Assembly (NCBI GenBank): GCA_963702005.1
Contig: OY969696.1
Coordinates: 800,001 to 864,000 of the forward strand
Direction of reading: 5' to 3'
DNA from: Candidatus Aminicenantes bacterium
GTDB lineage: Bacteria; Acidobacteriota; Aminicenantia; Aminicenantales; JAFGBC01
Length of the DNA: 64,000 nt
Positions 10,414 to 20,219 of the stretch are shown here, piece by piece. The stretch's first letter is position 1; each line of letters starts with the position of its first letter. Under the pieces are notes generated by a model. It ran no database searches, had not been told where the DNA came from, and saw only the letters and a list, made by a program, of their open reading frames with translations. The translations under genes were made by a program, and so were the position numbers.

Positions 10414-10996
10414 GGCGGCCCGCCGGGCGGAGACCACGATCTCCGGCGAACTCCTCCGGATCTACGGGCTGGGCGTCTTCATCTTCGGCGACAGCGGGAT
10501 CGGCAAGAGCGAAAGCGTCCTCGAGCTCGTCGGCCGCGGCCATCGCCTCGTCGCCGACGATGTCGTCCGCGTCCACCGGACCGCCGACGGGACGCTGCGG
10601 GGACGGGCGCCCGATCTCAGCCGCGATTACATGGAGATCCGGGGCCTGGGCATCATCAACATCAAGGAGATCTTCGGGCCCCGCGCCCTCTGCGCCGAGT
10701 CGGCCGTCGACCTGGCCGTCCGGCTCCGGAAATGGCAGCGGGGCCGTGAATTCGACCGGCTCGGCCTGCGCTTCCCCAAGGACCACGGCATCTTGGGAGT
10801 CCCCATCCCTCAGATCACGATTCCGGTCGCGCCCGGCCGCAACATCGCGACCCTGATCGAGGTCGCCAGCCGGGTCCACTGCCTCCGCCGGCGGGGCTAC
10901 CAGGCCTCCCGGGAGATCGTTCGGCGGCTCGACCGGGCCTTGGGGGCGGGGCGGGGGGCGGGGACGCGGCGGCGGCGAAAGGCGGCCGGGGCATGA
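10385..10996 (+). CDS. hprK: HPr kinase/phosphorylase, catalytic domain only
   Basis: GDSGIGKSE Walker A, GHRLVADD, MEIRGLGII, PVAPGRN; lacks the usual N-terminal domain. Confidence 0.85.
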   Translation: MKKKKNSRPKAARRAETTISGELLRIYGLGVFIFGDSGIGKSESVLELVGRGHRLVADDVVRVHRTADGTLRGRAPDLSRDYMEIRGLGIINIKEIFGPRALCAESAVDLAVRLRKWQRGREFDRLGLRFPKDHGILGVPIPQITIPVAPGRNIATLIEVASRVHCLRRRGYQASREIVRRLDRALGAGRGAGTRRRRKAAGA

Positions 10997-11847
10997 CGCG
11001 CGACAAGTTCGTGATCATCGCCGGACTGTCCGGATCGGGGAAGACGGTCGTCAGCCACTTCTTCGAAGACCTGGGCTACTACCGCGTCGACAACCTGCCG
11101 GCCAAGCTCATCCCGAACTTCGTCGACCTCTGGCTCCACCGCAAGGTCGAGATCGGCAAGGTCGCCCTCGTCGTCGACATCCGGGAGCCCGCCTTCCTCA
11201 AGGAGTTCCCCCGCGTCTGGAAGGAGATCCGCCCCAAGGTAGGGGCCCGTCTCATCTTCCTCGACGCCACGGATGAGGCCCTGGTCAAGCGCTTCAGCGA
11301 GACGCGCCGGCCCCATCCCCTGGCTCCGAAATCCGTCGTCGAGGGCGTCCGGCTCGAGCGGAAGCGGCTGGCCCCGATCAAGAACATGGCCGACGAAGTC
11401 ATCGATACGACGCGGATGACGATCGTTCAGCTCAAGGAGCTGCTCGGAAGACGCTTCGCCTCCCGGCGCGCGCTCCGCCTCCAGATCATCCTGATCAGCT
11501 TCGGCTATAAGTACGGGATTCCCCTCGAGTCCGACCTTGTCTTCGACACCCGTTTCCTGCCCAATCCCTTTTACGTCGAATCCCTCCGTGAAAAATCGGG
11601 ACGCCGGCGCGCGGTCCGGGATTTCGTCCTGGGCGCGGCCGAGACCAAGGCCTTCCTGGCCAAGCTCCGTGATTTCCTCGATTTCCTGATTCCCCGCTTC
11701 GTCCGGGAAGGGAAGAGCTACCTGACGATCGCGATCGGCTGCACGGGCGGCAAGCACCGCTCCGTCGTCATCGCCGAGATCCTCAGGGAGTATCTTCGCC
11801 GCCAAAAATATGATATAAGACTCTATCATCGGGATGTGTTTAAGTGA
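10993..11847 (+). CDS. rapZ: RNase adapter / P-loop protein RapZ
   Basis: GLSGSGKT, DNLP, ETRRPHP, SFGYKYG, RFLPNP, GCTGGKHRSV. Confidence 0.95.
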   Translation: MTRDKFVIIAGLSGSGKTVVSHFFEDLGYYRVDNLPAKLIPNFVDLWLHRKVEIGKVALVVDIREPAFLKEFPRVWKEIRPKVGARLIFLDATDEALVKRFSETRRPHPLAPKSVVEGVRLERKRLAPIKNMADEVIDTTRMTIVQLKELLGRRFASRRALRLQIILISFGYKYGIPLESDLVFDTRFLPNPFYVESLREKSGRRRAVRDFVLGAAETKAFLAKLRDFLDFLIPRFVREGKSYLTIAIGCTGGKHRSVVIAEILREYLRRQKYDIRLYHRDVFK

Positions 11848-11877
11848 CGGGCCGGGCTTGAACTTAGGAGAGACGCC

Positions 11878-12282
11878 ATGGTCGGAGGCATTATCGTCTG
11901 CCATGGGAAGCTCGCCGAGGAGCTCCTCAACGCGCTGACGATCATCCTGGGGGAGGCTCCGAACATCGAGGCGATCTCGATCGGGTGGTACGACGATGTC
12001 GAGGATTCCAAGAAGAAGATCAACCAGAGCCTCAAGAAGGTCGACCAGAAGAACGGGGTCGTCATCTTCACGGACATGTTCGGGGGGACGCCCTCGAACC
12101 TGAGCTTCAGCTTTCTCAAGGATAACCAGGTTGAGATCATCACCGGCGTCAACCTCCCGATGCTCATCAAGTTCGTTTCCCTCCAGCGCAGCAACAACCT
12201 CAAGGACGTGGCCAAGAAAGTCGTCGACCAGGGGAAAAAGAACATCCACCTCGCCAGCGCCCTCCTCGGCGCCAAGCGCTAA
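11878..12282 (+). CDS. PTS EIIA, mannose/fructose family
   Basis: IIVCHG, TDMFGGTPSN, GVNLPML. Confidence 0.9.
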   Translation: MVGGIIVCHGKLAEELLNALTIILGEAPNIEAISIGWYDDVEDSKKKINQSLKKVDQKNGVVIFTDMFGGTPSNLSFSFLKDNQVEIITGVNLPMLIKFVSLQRSNNLKDVAKKVVDQGKKNIHLASALLGAKR

Positions 12283-12305
12283 GGGTTGCCGCTCCGGATA
12301 GCGCC

Positions 12306-12575
12306 ATGATCGAAAAAAAGCTGACGATCAGGAATAAGCTCGGGCTTCACGCCCGGGCCGCCGTCAAATTCGTCAACCTGGCCAACCGGTTCTCGGCCTC
12401 GGTTCGCATCATCAAGGACGGAAGCGAAATCGACGGTAAGAGCATCCTGGGCATCCTGACCCTGGCCGCGACCCAGGGGTCGACGATCGGGCTCAAACTA
12501 TCGGGCAAGGACGCGGCGGCCGCCCTCAAGGCCATCGAAGCCCTCGTCAACGACAAGTTCGGGGAGAAGGAATAG
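12306..12575 (+). CDS. ptsH: Phosphocarrier protein HPr
   Basis: GLHARAA (His15) and KSILG (Ser46). Confidence 0.95.
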   Translation: MIEKKLTIRNKLGLHARAAVKFVNLANRFSASVRIIKDGSEIDGKSILGILTLAATQGSTIGLKLSGKDAAAALKAIEALVNDKFGEKE

Positions 12576-12580
12576 GCGCC

Positions 12581-14344
12581 ATGGACCTCATCCGGCTGCG
12601 GGGAATCGGGGTCTCACCGGGGATCGCCATGGGCGAGGCCGTCCTCTCGACGCGGGTTCTGTTCACGGCCCGGCGCGAGCCGGTCGCGGCCAACCGGATT
12701 CCGGCCGAACTCAAGCGGATCCAGCGGGCCCTGGCCCGGACTCAGGACGACCTCGTCCAGCTCCAGAAAGACATCCGCGCCCGGATCGGCGACGAGCCCG
12801 CCTACATCTTCGACGCCCACCTCCTCATCCTTCAGGACAAGACGCTTCTGGCCAGCTTGGAGCGGATCATCACCGAGGAGAAGGTCAAGGCCGAATGGGC
12901 GCTGTCCCAAGTCCACCAGAAGTACGAGAAGATTTTCGAGGGGCTCTCCGACGAGTACTTCCGACAGCGGAAGTCCGATGTGTCCGACGTCCTGGCCAAA
13001 ATCTACAGAAACCTCGAGGACAAGGCCCCGGCCAAGGACGAAAAGACGGCCCGCCGGATCCTGGTCGCCCACGACCTGATGCCCTCCGAAGCGGCCCTCC
13101 GGATCAGCCACGGCCAAGTCCTGGGCGTTGCCCTCGACATGGGCGGATTGACCTCGCATACGGCCATCCTGGCCCGGTCCCTCAACATTCCGGCCGTGGT
13201 CGGCCTCCACGACGTGACCCGTTTCATCCGGAGCGGAGACTATCTTATCGTCGACGGGACGGACGGCGAGGTCATCATCAACCCGCCCCCGGCCGTCCGC
13301 AAGGAGTTCCAAGGCAAGCGCGAGAAGTACCTCAGCTACGGGAAGGAACTTCGCAAGACGGCCAAGCTCCCGTCACGGACGCTCGACGAGGTCCGCTTCA
13401 TCCCCCTGGCCAACATCGAGCTTCCCGAGGAAGTCCAGATGGGTTTTTCCTACGGGGCCGAAGGGATCGGGCTGTTCCGGTCCGAGTTTATCTACCTCCA
13501 GCGGACGACCCTCCCCAGCGAAGAGGACCATTATGAGACCTACTTCCGGATCGCCAAGGAAGCTCAGCCGGCCCCGGTCTATATCCGGACGATCGACATC
13601 GGCGGCGAGAAGACGCTTCCCCAGCTCATGATCGAGCAGGAGCCTAATCCGGCCCTCGGGCTGCGAGGCATCCGCTTCTCCCTCAAAAACCGGGACCTGT
13701 TCCGGACCCAGCTCCGGGCCATCCTCCGCGCCAGCGCCCTCCGCAACGTCCGGATTCTCGTACCGATGGTCACCGAGATCGAGGAGGTCTTTGAGGTCAA
13801 GCGCCTGTTCCGCGAGGTCAAGGCCGAGCTCGACGGGCGGAACATCAAGTACGACCGGCAGATCCCGCTCGGGGTCATGATCGAGGTCCCGGCCGCGGCG
13901 GCCATGGCCGACGTCCTGGCCAAAGAGGTCGACTATCTCAGCATCGGGACGAACGACCTCATCCAGTACTATTTGGCCGTCGACCGCTCCAACGAGCACG
14001 TCTCCTATCTCTACAAGCCCCTCCACCCGGCCCTCCTGCGGCTCATCCGGGGCATCATCCGGACGGCCGAGCGGGAGGGGAAGGGCGTCACGGTCTGCGG
14101 CGAGATGGCGGCCGATCCGATTTCGGCCCTCGTCATGCTCGGGTTCGGGCTGAGGACGTTCAGCATGAATCCCATCTTCATTCCCCGCATCAAGAGGGTC
14201 CTCCGGGCCGTCGAGGTCCGGACCGTCCGGCGGATCGTCAACGCCGCCCTCGACCTCCGGACGGCCCGGGAGATCGAGGAGTTCATCGTCGAGAAGATCC
14301 TGGTCAAACATCCCCAGGCGTTTCTGATGCGGCACTCCTCTTAA
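12581..14344 (+). CDS. ptsI: PEP-protein phosphotransferase (enzyme I)
   Basis: GGLTSHTAILAR, GIGLFRSEF, NPALGLRGIR, SIGTNDLIQY, CGEMA. Confidence 0.95.
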   Translation: MDLIRLRGIGVSPGIAMGEAVLSTRVLFTARREPVAANRIPAELKRIQRALARTQDDLVQLQKDIRARIGDEPAYIFDAHLLILQDKTLLASLERIITEEKVKAEWALSQVHQKYEKIFEGLSDEYFRQRKSDVSDVLAKIYRNLEDKAPAKDEKTARRILVAHDLMPSEAALRISHGQVLGVALDMGGLTSHTAILARSLNIPAVVGLHDVTRFIRSGDYLIVDGTDGEVIINPPPAVRKEFQGKREKYLSYGKELRKTAKLPSRTLDEVRFIPLANIELPEEVQMGFSYGAEGIGLFRSEFIYLQRTTLPSEEDHYETYFRIAKEAQPAPVYIRTIDIGGEKTLPQLMIEQEPNPALGLRGIRFSLKNRDLFRTQLRAILRASALRNVRILVPMVTEIEEVFEVKRLFREVKAELDGRNIKYDRQIPLGVMIEVPAAAAMADVLAKEVDYLSIGTNDLIQYYLAVDRSNEHVSYLYKPLHPALLRLIRGIIRTAEREGKGVTVCGEMAADPISALVMLGFGLRTFSMNPIFIPRIKRVLRAVEVRTVRRIVNAALDLRTAREIEEFIVEKILVKHPQAFLMRHSS

Positions 14345-14346
14345 CG

Positions 14347-14748
14347 TTAACGGCCGCCCAGCGCGTTCCGTCCGTACTCGTCCTGGAGGCGGACGATGTC
14401 CGCCTCGTCGGAATCCCCCAGCCAGATCTCCATGACCCGGCCCCGCTCCGGGCCGAGGCAGCGGAGGCGGTGGGGCGCTTCGCGCGGGACGTAGATTTCT
14501 TCGCCCTCGGCCGGCCGCCAGGTCCGGTCGCCGATCGTCATCTCCAGCCCCTGATCGAGGACAACCCAGAATTCGCTCCGACGGTTGTGGTATTGGAGCG
14601 AAAGGGAGCCGCCGGGATTGACGGTGATGATCTTGAGGGCGGCCGCGTTCTGATGGGGGTAGGAGCGGAACTTCCCCCAGGGACGGACATCCTCGACGAT
14701 GCAGCCGCGGAAGTCCTGTTCGCTCGGCACGATGGGACGCTCGGTCAT
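14347..14748 (-). CDS. Cupin of the mannose-6-phosphate isomerase type II C-terminal family
   Basis: RPWG, LSLQYH..RSEFW, HRL, DIVRLQDEYGR; ATG at 14748. Confidence 0.85.
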   Translation of the reverse strand: MTERPIVPSEQDFRGCIVEDVRPWGKFRSYPHQNAAALKIITVNPGGSLSLQYHNRRSEFWVVLDQGLEMTIGDRTWRPAEGEEIYVPREAPHRLRCLGPERGRVMEIWLGDSDEADIVRLQDEYGRNALGGR

Positions 14749-14809
14749 GGAACACCTCTTTGGGGCGGCCGGAAGCGGGGTGCGCCAGGGCGGGGAGGCG
14801 CCGGGCCGC

Positions 14810-15274
14810 TCAGAAGGGGACGTCGTCGTCCGGGCCGCCCGGTCCGGACGGCTCCTCCTCGCCGGGGAAGTCGGGGACCGAGGGCTCTCCGGGCAGGGGC
14901 TCATGAGAGACGGGCTCGCCCGCCCCCTCGCGCCGGCCGAGGAGGACGATGCTGAAGGCCTCGATCTCGGTCGTCGAGCGCTTGTTCCCTTCTTTGTCCT
15001 GCCAGGGCCGGGTCCGGAGCTTGCCTTCGATCAGGATTTGACGGCCCTGGGCGAGGTACTTCTCGGCGAACTCGGCGAGCTTCCCCCAAGCCACGATTTT
15101 ATGCCATTCGGTGTGGTCGCGGCTTTCCTTGGTCTGGGGATTGAAGGAGCGCTCGTTCGTCGCCAGGCTGAAGCGGGCGATCGCCCGTTCGCTCTGGGGG
15201 AGGTAGCGGAGCTCCGGCTTCCCCCCCAGGCGTCCGATCAGGAGGACTTTATTGAGGCTGTTAATATCTCTCAT
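14810..15274 (-). CDS. ssb: Single-stranded DNA-binding protein
   Basis: NKVLLIGRLG, EWH.I, EGKLRTR.W, acidic DDDVPF tail. Confidence 0.96.
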   Translation of the reverse strand: MRDINSLNKVLLIGRLGGKPELRYLPQSERAIARFSLATNERSFNPQTKESRDHTEWHKIVAWGKLAEFAEKYLAQGRQILIEGKLRTRPWQDKEGNKRSTTEIEAFSIVLLGRREGAGEPVSHEPLPGEPSVPDFPGEEEPSGPGGPDDDVPF

Positions 15275-16148
15275 CTTCGGAACTCAGATCCTTGATCTTC
15301 TGCTGCGCGACCTTGGTCTCGTTCTCGAGCGGGAACTTGCTGACGAGAAGCTTGAAAACCGAGAGGGCCTCTTCCTTCCGCCCCAGCTCTATCAGGCTCA
15401 GTCCTTTTTTGAGGTAGGCCGCGGCGATCTTGTCGCTCTGGGGGTAGTTGAGGATGAGGTCATCGAAGCGGGCGATGGCCTCATCGAATTTCTTCTGGCT
15501 GAAGGAGCATTCGCCGATCCAGTACAGGGCGTTGTCGGCGAGAGGGCTTTCCGAGAACTGTTCACGATAGATGCGGAAGCCCTCGGTGGCCAGGTCGAAG
15601 TTCCCCTTGAGATAATCGGTATAGGCCGTGTTGTAGACCTCTTGGGGAGAGAGGTTGGAAGGCGCCGGCGTTTCCTGGGCCGCCGCCTCCTTCGCGGTCT
15701 TGTCGGCTTCGGGTTTCTTGTCGGGCTCTTTCTTTTCGGCCTTGTCCGCACCCGGTCCGGCCGTTTCCGGCGCCGCCGCGCCGCCCGGCCGGAGGGAGAG
15801 CAGGTCCTCGGTGATCTTGACGAGCTGGAGGTTGATGAGCTCCAGCTTGTCGGCCAGGACCTGGTACTGGGAGGGGAGCGTTTTAATGTCCTCCTTGAGG
15901 CTCGCCTGCGCCCCCTCGGCCAGTTTCCATTGGTCGAGGAAGTCCTTGACCTGTGTCTGGAGGGCCCGGATGTCCTCGGCGTTCCGGTCGAGCTTGGTCT
16001 CGACCTGGGCCAGCTTCTGCTTGAGGAGCTGGACGTCCTCGTAAATAAGCTCGTAGGCCTTCTTTTCCTTGGTGTCGGCGCCCGCGGCGAGCAGGGGCAG
16101 GATGAGAAGGACGAAAAGACCCCTTCCCACGACCTTGAATACTCTCAT
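15261..16148 (-). CDS. cpoB: Tol-Pal associated coiled-coil/TPR protein CpoB (YbgF)
   Basis: Signal peptide, coiled coil, TPR motifs (ADNALYWIGE, AAYLKKG); follows pal. Confidence 0.9.
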   Translation of the reverse strand: MRVFKVVGRGLFVLLILPLLAAGADTKEKKAYELIYEDVQLLKQKLAQVETKLDRNAEDIRALQTQVKDFLDQWKLAEGAQASLKEDIKTLPSQYQVLADKLELINLQLVKITEDLLSLRPGGAAAPETAGPGADKAEKKEPDKKPEADKTAKEAAAQETPAPSNLSPQEVYNTAYTDYLKGNFDLATEGFRIYREQFSESPLADNALYWIGECSFSQKKFDEAIARFDDLILNYPQSDKIAAAYLKKGLSLIELGRKEEALSVFKLLVSKFPLENETKVAQQKIKDLSSEDERY

Positions 16149-16154
16149 AGAAAA

Positions 16155-16184
16155 ATTATAACGCTATTTGGCGATGATTGTAAA
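16155..16184 (-). promoter_or_regulatory. sigma70 promoter of cpoB-ssb (probably leaderless mRNA)
   Basis: TTTACA-18 nt-TATAAT, 6 nt above the ATG at 16148. Confidence 0.6.
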
Positions 16185-16706
16185 CTGGGCTCTCCGGTTT
16201 CGCTGCCAGGACACCTCGTTGTGGCCGGGATCGATCGGCTGGCTCTTGCCGTAGGAGATCGTCTGCATCCGGTCGCCGGAAACCCCCAGCGACAGAAGAT
16301 AGTCGTAGGCGCTCTTGGCCCGCTTTTCGCCGAGGGCGAGGTTGTAATCCTCGGTTCCTCTCTCGTCGCAGTGGCCTTCGATCAAAACCCGGACGCTTTT
16401 AAACTTGGTGAGCCAGGAGGCGTTGGCGCTCAACACCGGCTTGGCGTCGTTGCGGATGAAGTACTTGTCGTAGTCGAAGAAGACCATTTTGAGCGGCTGT
16501 TCGCGGTTGATCTGCTCGAGGGTCTTGGCCCGGAAGATCTCTTCCTCGGTCGGGGCGGGCGGCTTGGGGGGTTCGGGCACCTTCTCGACCTTGGGCTGTT
16601 CCTGGGCTTGGGGCGGAGGGGGGACTTCCTTCACCTTGGCCTTGCAGGCCGCCAGAAACAGGAAAGTCAGGAGGATGGCGAGAGTAAAGCAGAGAGATTT
16701 TTTCAT
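16164..16706 (-). CDS. pal: Peptidoglycan-associated lipoprotein
   Basis: Lipobox LAAC; FFDYDK, EGHCDERGT.DYNLALGEKRA, SYGK, NRR; AGGAGG before the ATG at 16706. Confidence 0.96.
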   Translation of the reverse strand: MKKSLCFTLAILLTFLFLAACKAKVKEVPPPPQAQEQPKVEKVPEPPKPPAPTEEEIFRAKTLEQINREQPLKMVFFDYDKYFIRNDAKPVLSANASWLTKFKSVRVLIEGHCDERGTEDYNLALGEKRAKSAYDYLLSLGVSGDRMQTISYGKSQPIDPGHNEVSWQRNRRAQFTIIAK

Positions 16707-16773
16707 GGAACCTCCTATCGGCATCGGGCGTGGGCCATTGGATGGGATGGAAAATGGCGCCTCACGCCCTTAA

Positions 16774-16802
16774 TTTATACAGATTCGGGTTTCGTCTGTC
16801 AA
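16774..16802 (-). promoter_or_regulatory. sigma70 promoter of pal
   Basis: TTGACA-17 nt-TATAAA on the minus strand. Confidence 0.7.
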
Positions 16803-16834
16803 CCCCTTAACCGCTAGCCATGTGGCGGGGTTGT

Positions 16835-17010
16835 TCAGGGCGGAAGCTCCAAAGACCCGCGTCTTTGGAGCGCCCGCACTCATGAGACGCTTCCGGATCA
16901 TGAGTGTGACCCTGAGCGCTAGCGAACGGGCAACAGGAAATCGTTTTCTTGGCCTGGCCGCACTCATGGGTCGTTTGCACTCCCCCATGAGTACCGGCGA
17001 AGCGCCAGGC
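16835..17010. repeat. Multi-hairpin palindromic intergenic element between tolB and pal
   Basis: Perfect stem GCTCCAAAGAC/GTCTTTGGAGC; two related stems CACTCATGA/TCATGAGTG and ACTCATGGG/CCCATGAGT; outer pairs TCAGGG/CCCTGA and GCCTGGC/GCCAGGC. Confidence 0.65.
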
Positions 17011-17011
17011 G

Positions 17012-18307
17012 TCAGCGCCGGGACCAGTCGGGCAGCTTATTGTTGCCTTTGGAGGTCAGCCGGCGCAGGTTGGCCCCGTCGTAGTCGATGGTGTAGAGCT
17101 GGTTTGTCCCGGGGAGCGACGACGAGAAGACGATGTGCCGGCCGTCCGGAGACCAGGCGGGCGACTCGTTCCGGGCGTTGCTCTCGGTCAGCTTGATGAT
17201 CTGAGAGGTCCGCAGATTGAGGAGGTAGATGTCGAAGACCTGGTCGACCCGGGAGACGTAGGCGATCTGATCGCCCGCCGGCGACCAGGCCGGCTGGTCT
17301 TGGTAGGTCCCACCGAAGCTGACCCTCCGCACGTTGGAGCCTTCGGCGTCCATGACGTAGATCTGGGGCGATCCGCTCCGGTCCGAGGTGAAGGCGATCT
17401 CCCGGCTGGTCGGCGACCAGGAGGGCGAGGTGTCGATGGACTTGTTGAAGGTCAGCCGGCGGATGTCGCTGCCGTCGCTCTGGGCGACGTAGATCTCGGC
17501 GTTTCCGTCCATGGACGAGCAGAAGGCGAGCCATTTTCCGTCCGGCGAAAAGGAGGGGGCGCAGCTCGTGCCCTTGGTCGCCACGGCCGTATTCTTGCCC
17601 TCGAAGGGCCGGAATAGGTACAGATCGGGATTGTTGTGCCGATAGGACGTGTAGGCGATCGCTTGGCCGTCCATCGACCAGGCCGGCATAAGGTCGATGA
17701 CCTTGTTGAAGGTCAGCCGCGTCTGGTTTTCGCCGTCGTAGTCCATCAGGTACAGCTCGTCGTTCCCGTCGCGGTCGGAGACGAAGACGATCCGGGTCGT
17801 GAAGATCGGCCGCTCGCCGAACGCCTTGAGGGCCTCGTCGGCGAATTCATGGGCGGCCCGGCGCAGAACCCTGGCCGAGGCCTCATACTTCTTGCCGAGC
17901 ATGAAGCGCTCGCCCTTGACGTCGTAGAACTTGGCCTCGAACTGGACCGTCCCGGCTTCCCCCTCGGCGACGACGCCGGTCAGCAGGTACTTGGCCTGGA
18001 TGGACTCCCAGTCCTTGAAGGCGATCTTATCCGGATCCAAGGCCGGGATATAGCCGTAGTAGCTCTTGGGGAGGAGCTGGAAGACGCGGGTGTACTTGAG
18101 GTCGTCCGAGAGGACTTGATAGAGCTCGGCGGCCGCCGCCCGGAGCGGGGCCGACGAGGAGCGGAGGATGAAGTCGGGAAGGGCGACCGGGATCATGGGC
18201 ATTCCGTCCTTGATCGTGATGACGACCTCCTGCTGAGGGCGCACGACCGGAACGGCCGCCAGGCAGAGACAGACGCAGAGCGTCGGGACGATGATGCGAT
18301 GTTTCAT
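17012..18307 (-). CDS. tolB: Tol-Pal beta-propeller protein TolB
   Basis: Signal peptide, TolB N-domain, PD40 repeats (P.WSPDG..IAF.S); operon context. Confidence 0.93.
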   Translation of the reverse strand: MKHRIIVPTLCVCLCLAAVPVVRPQQEVVITIKDGMPMIPVALPDFILRSSSAPLRAAAAELYQVLSDDLKYTRVFQLLPKSYYGYIPALDPDKIAFKDWESIQAKYLLTGVVAEGEAGTVQFEAKFYDVKGERFMLGKKYEASARVLRRAAHEFADEALKAFGERPIFTTRIVFVSDRDGNDELYLMDYDGENQTRLTFNKVIDLMPAWSMDGQAIAYTSYRHNNPDLYLFRPFEGKNTAVATKGTSCAPSFSPDGKWLAFCSSMDGNAEIYVAQSDGSDIRRLTFNKSIDTSPSWSPTSREIAFTSDRSGSPQIYVMDAEGSNVRRVSFGGTYQDQPAWSPAGDQIAYVSRVDQVFDIYLLNLRTSQIIKLTESNARNESPAWSPDGRHIVFSSSLPGTNQLYTIDYDGANLRRLTSKGNNKLPDWSRR

Positions 18308-19085
18308 TTGGAATGCTCGAAGATGAGGTGGATTCCCAGGAAGTCCTGGTCGTATTCCTCGGGGAGGGGGGGAAGGGCGCGGCCAAGGTGATGGCCCGGA
18401 GCGCGGACAGGTCGAGCGAGCGGATGGGGCTCGCCTCCTCGACCTTGAGGTCCGAGATCCGCCCGTCCCGGTGGATCTTGAAGAAAATGGTCACGGTGTA
18501 GGTCCCGCTGACGCCCGGGTCGACCAGCGAGGTAAACCAGGCTGCCGAGACTTTATCGGTCAGGATTTGGAGGTAATAGGTATAGGGAAAACTCGACATC
18601 CCGATCTGATCCCCGTACTCGGACCCGAAAACGCCGCCGCCTCCGCCCGAGCCCTCGCCGATGCCCCCGATCCTGAGGCCGGATCCGCCGCCCGTCTCCG
18701 TCTCCTCGGACGGTTCCGCTTTAATGGGCGGCTGGGGTTGGGAGATGGCCGCCTTTTTGTCCTTGGGCGGCGTCTTCTCCTTCTTCGGCTCGGGAACTGG
18801 GTAGCGGAGCTCGGATTTGGGCGCCACGGCCGCCTTCTGCGGCGTCGTCAGATCCCGCAGGGTCTCCCGCTTGGGCGGGACCGCTGTCGTCCCCAGCTGT
18901 GTGCCTCCTCCGCGGCCTCCGCCCGGCCCGCCCAAGGCCAAGTTGACGTAGCGAATCGGGCCGCGCGGGGCCGCATGGGGGAACTTGGGCGACGTGACGA
19001 TTAGGGTGAACAGGACGACATGGAGGGCGAGCGAGGCGAGGACGGCCTTCTGGAACCGATGATCGTCCCCCCAGAGTCTGGTCAT
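18304..19085 (-). CDS. tolA: TolA/TonB-family energy transducer (one-base frameshift near the 3' end)
   Basis: N-terminal TM with SLALH, Pro/Lys-rich linker, TonB-C domain. Adding one base to the G7 run at 18366-18372 gives ...AAPFPPLPEEYDQDFLGIHLIFEHSK* with an ATGA overlap onto tolB. Confidence 0.8.
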
Positions 19086-19096
19086 GGCCCGACTCC

Positions 19097-19549
19097 TCAG
19101 CGGCGCTGGGCCGTCTTCTCTTTCGGCTCGGTGATGAGACCGACGACCTCGACCCCGGCCTTTTTGGCGACGTCCAGGATGTCGATGATGAACCCGTAGG
19201 GGATTTCCTGGTCGCCCTGGAGGAAGACGACCTTTTTCTTTTTCCCGTAGAAATATTCGTTGAGCCGCCGCTCCAGGAGATGGATGTTGACGACGGTCTC
19301 GCCGATGTGGATGAACTTGTCCTTGGTCACGGTCAGGGTCATGCCCTCGTCGGCCGGGGCCGATTCGGATTCGGCCTGGGGGAGGTTGACGCCGATCCCC
19401 GACTGCATCAGGGGGGCCGTGACCATGAAAATGACGAGGAGGACGAGCATGACGTCGACGAAGGGCGTCACGTTGATCTCGGACAGGGACGTCCCGACCG
19501 AGCGGCGCCGCGAGGAGCCGCGAGTCAGGGGGGCGACGTTAAGAGCCAT
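19097..19549 (-). CDS. tolR: TolR/ExbD
   Basis: EINVTPFVDVMLVLLVIFMVTAP. Confidence 0.92.
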   Translation of the reverse strand: MALNVAPLTRGSSRRRSVGTSLSEINVTPFVDVMLVLLVIFMVTAPLMQSGIGVNLPQAESESAPADEGMTLTVTKDKFIHIGETVVNIHLLERRLNEYFYGKKKKVVFLQGDQEIPYGFIIDILDVAKKAGVEVVGLITEPKEKTAQRR

Positions 19550-20201
19550 AGAGGCGGTCCGCGATGTTGAGGAATTCGAGGCTGAAGTCCTCCATCTCGG
19601 TGATGAGGTCCTTGATGCGGTGGAGGAAGAAATTATAGGCGATGACGGCAGGGACGGCCGCGAACAGACCGGCCGCCGTCGCGATCAGGGCCTCGGCGAT
19701 GCCGGGCGCGACCGTGACCAGGCTGGCCGAGCGCAGGACGCCGATCCGCTGGAAGGCGTCCATGATCCCCCAGACCGTCCCGAACAGGCCGATGAAGGGG
19801 GTGACGCTCCCGGTCGTGGCCAGGAAGCTCATCATCCGCTCCATTTTAGCGACTTCGGCGTTCGAAACGCGCTGGAGGGCGCGCTCAACGTTCTCCATCC
19901 GCTCGGCCTTGGACGGCGCGGACGGATTCCGCTTGGAAAGAAGGGCGATCTCCCGGAAGCCGGACTCGAACATGGCCGCCAGCGGGCTGGCCTGGTACTT
20001 GCGGGCGGCCTGGTTGACATCTTCGAGGTCCCGGCTCTTGCGGAAGACGGAAAGGAACTTCCGAGACTGGACCGCGGAGAGCCGCAGGGTCCTCCGCTTG
20101 AAGATGATGATGGCCCAGGAGAAGACCGAGAACAGGATAAGGGCGAACAGGATGAGCTGGACGACAAAGCTCGCGTCGGCGATAAGCTTGAATACATTCA
20201 T
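19539..20201 (-). CDS. tolQ: TolQ/ExbB proton channel
   Basis: PFIGLFGTVWGIM, APGIAEALIATAAGL.AAVPA.IAYN. Confidence 0.93.
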   Translation of the reverse strand: MNVFKLIADASFVVQLILFALILFSVFSWAIIIFKRRTLRLSAVQSRKFLSVFRKSRDLEDVNQAARKYQASPLAAMFESGFREIALLSKRNPSAPSKAERMENVERALQRVSNAEVAKMERMMSFLATTGSVTPFIGLFGTVWGIMDAFQRIGVLRSASLVTVAPGIAEALIATAAGLFAAVPAVIAYNFFLHRIKDLITEMEDFSLEFLNIADRLYGS

Positions 20202-20219
20202 GGCTGTCAAACCCAGGCC

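Noticed and set aside
18027-18303. Apparent C-terminal extension of TolA overlapping tolB
   Set aside because: Produced by the one-base deletion in the G run; the corrected frame stops at 18304.
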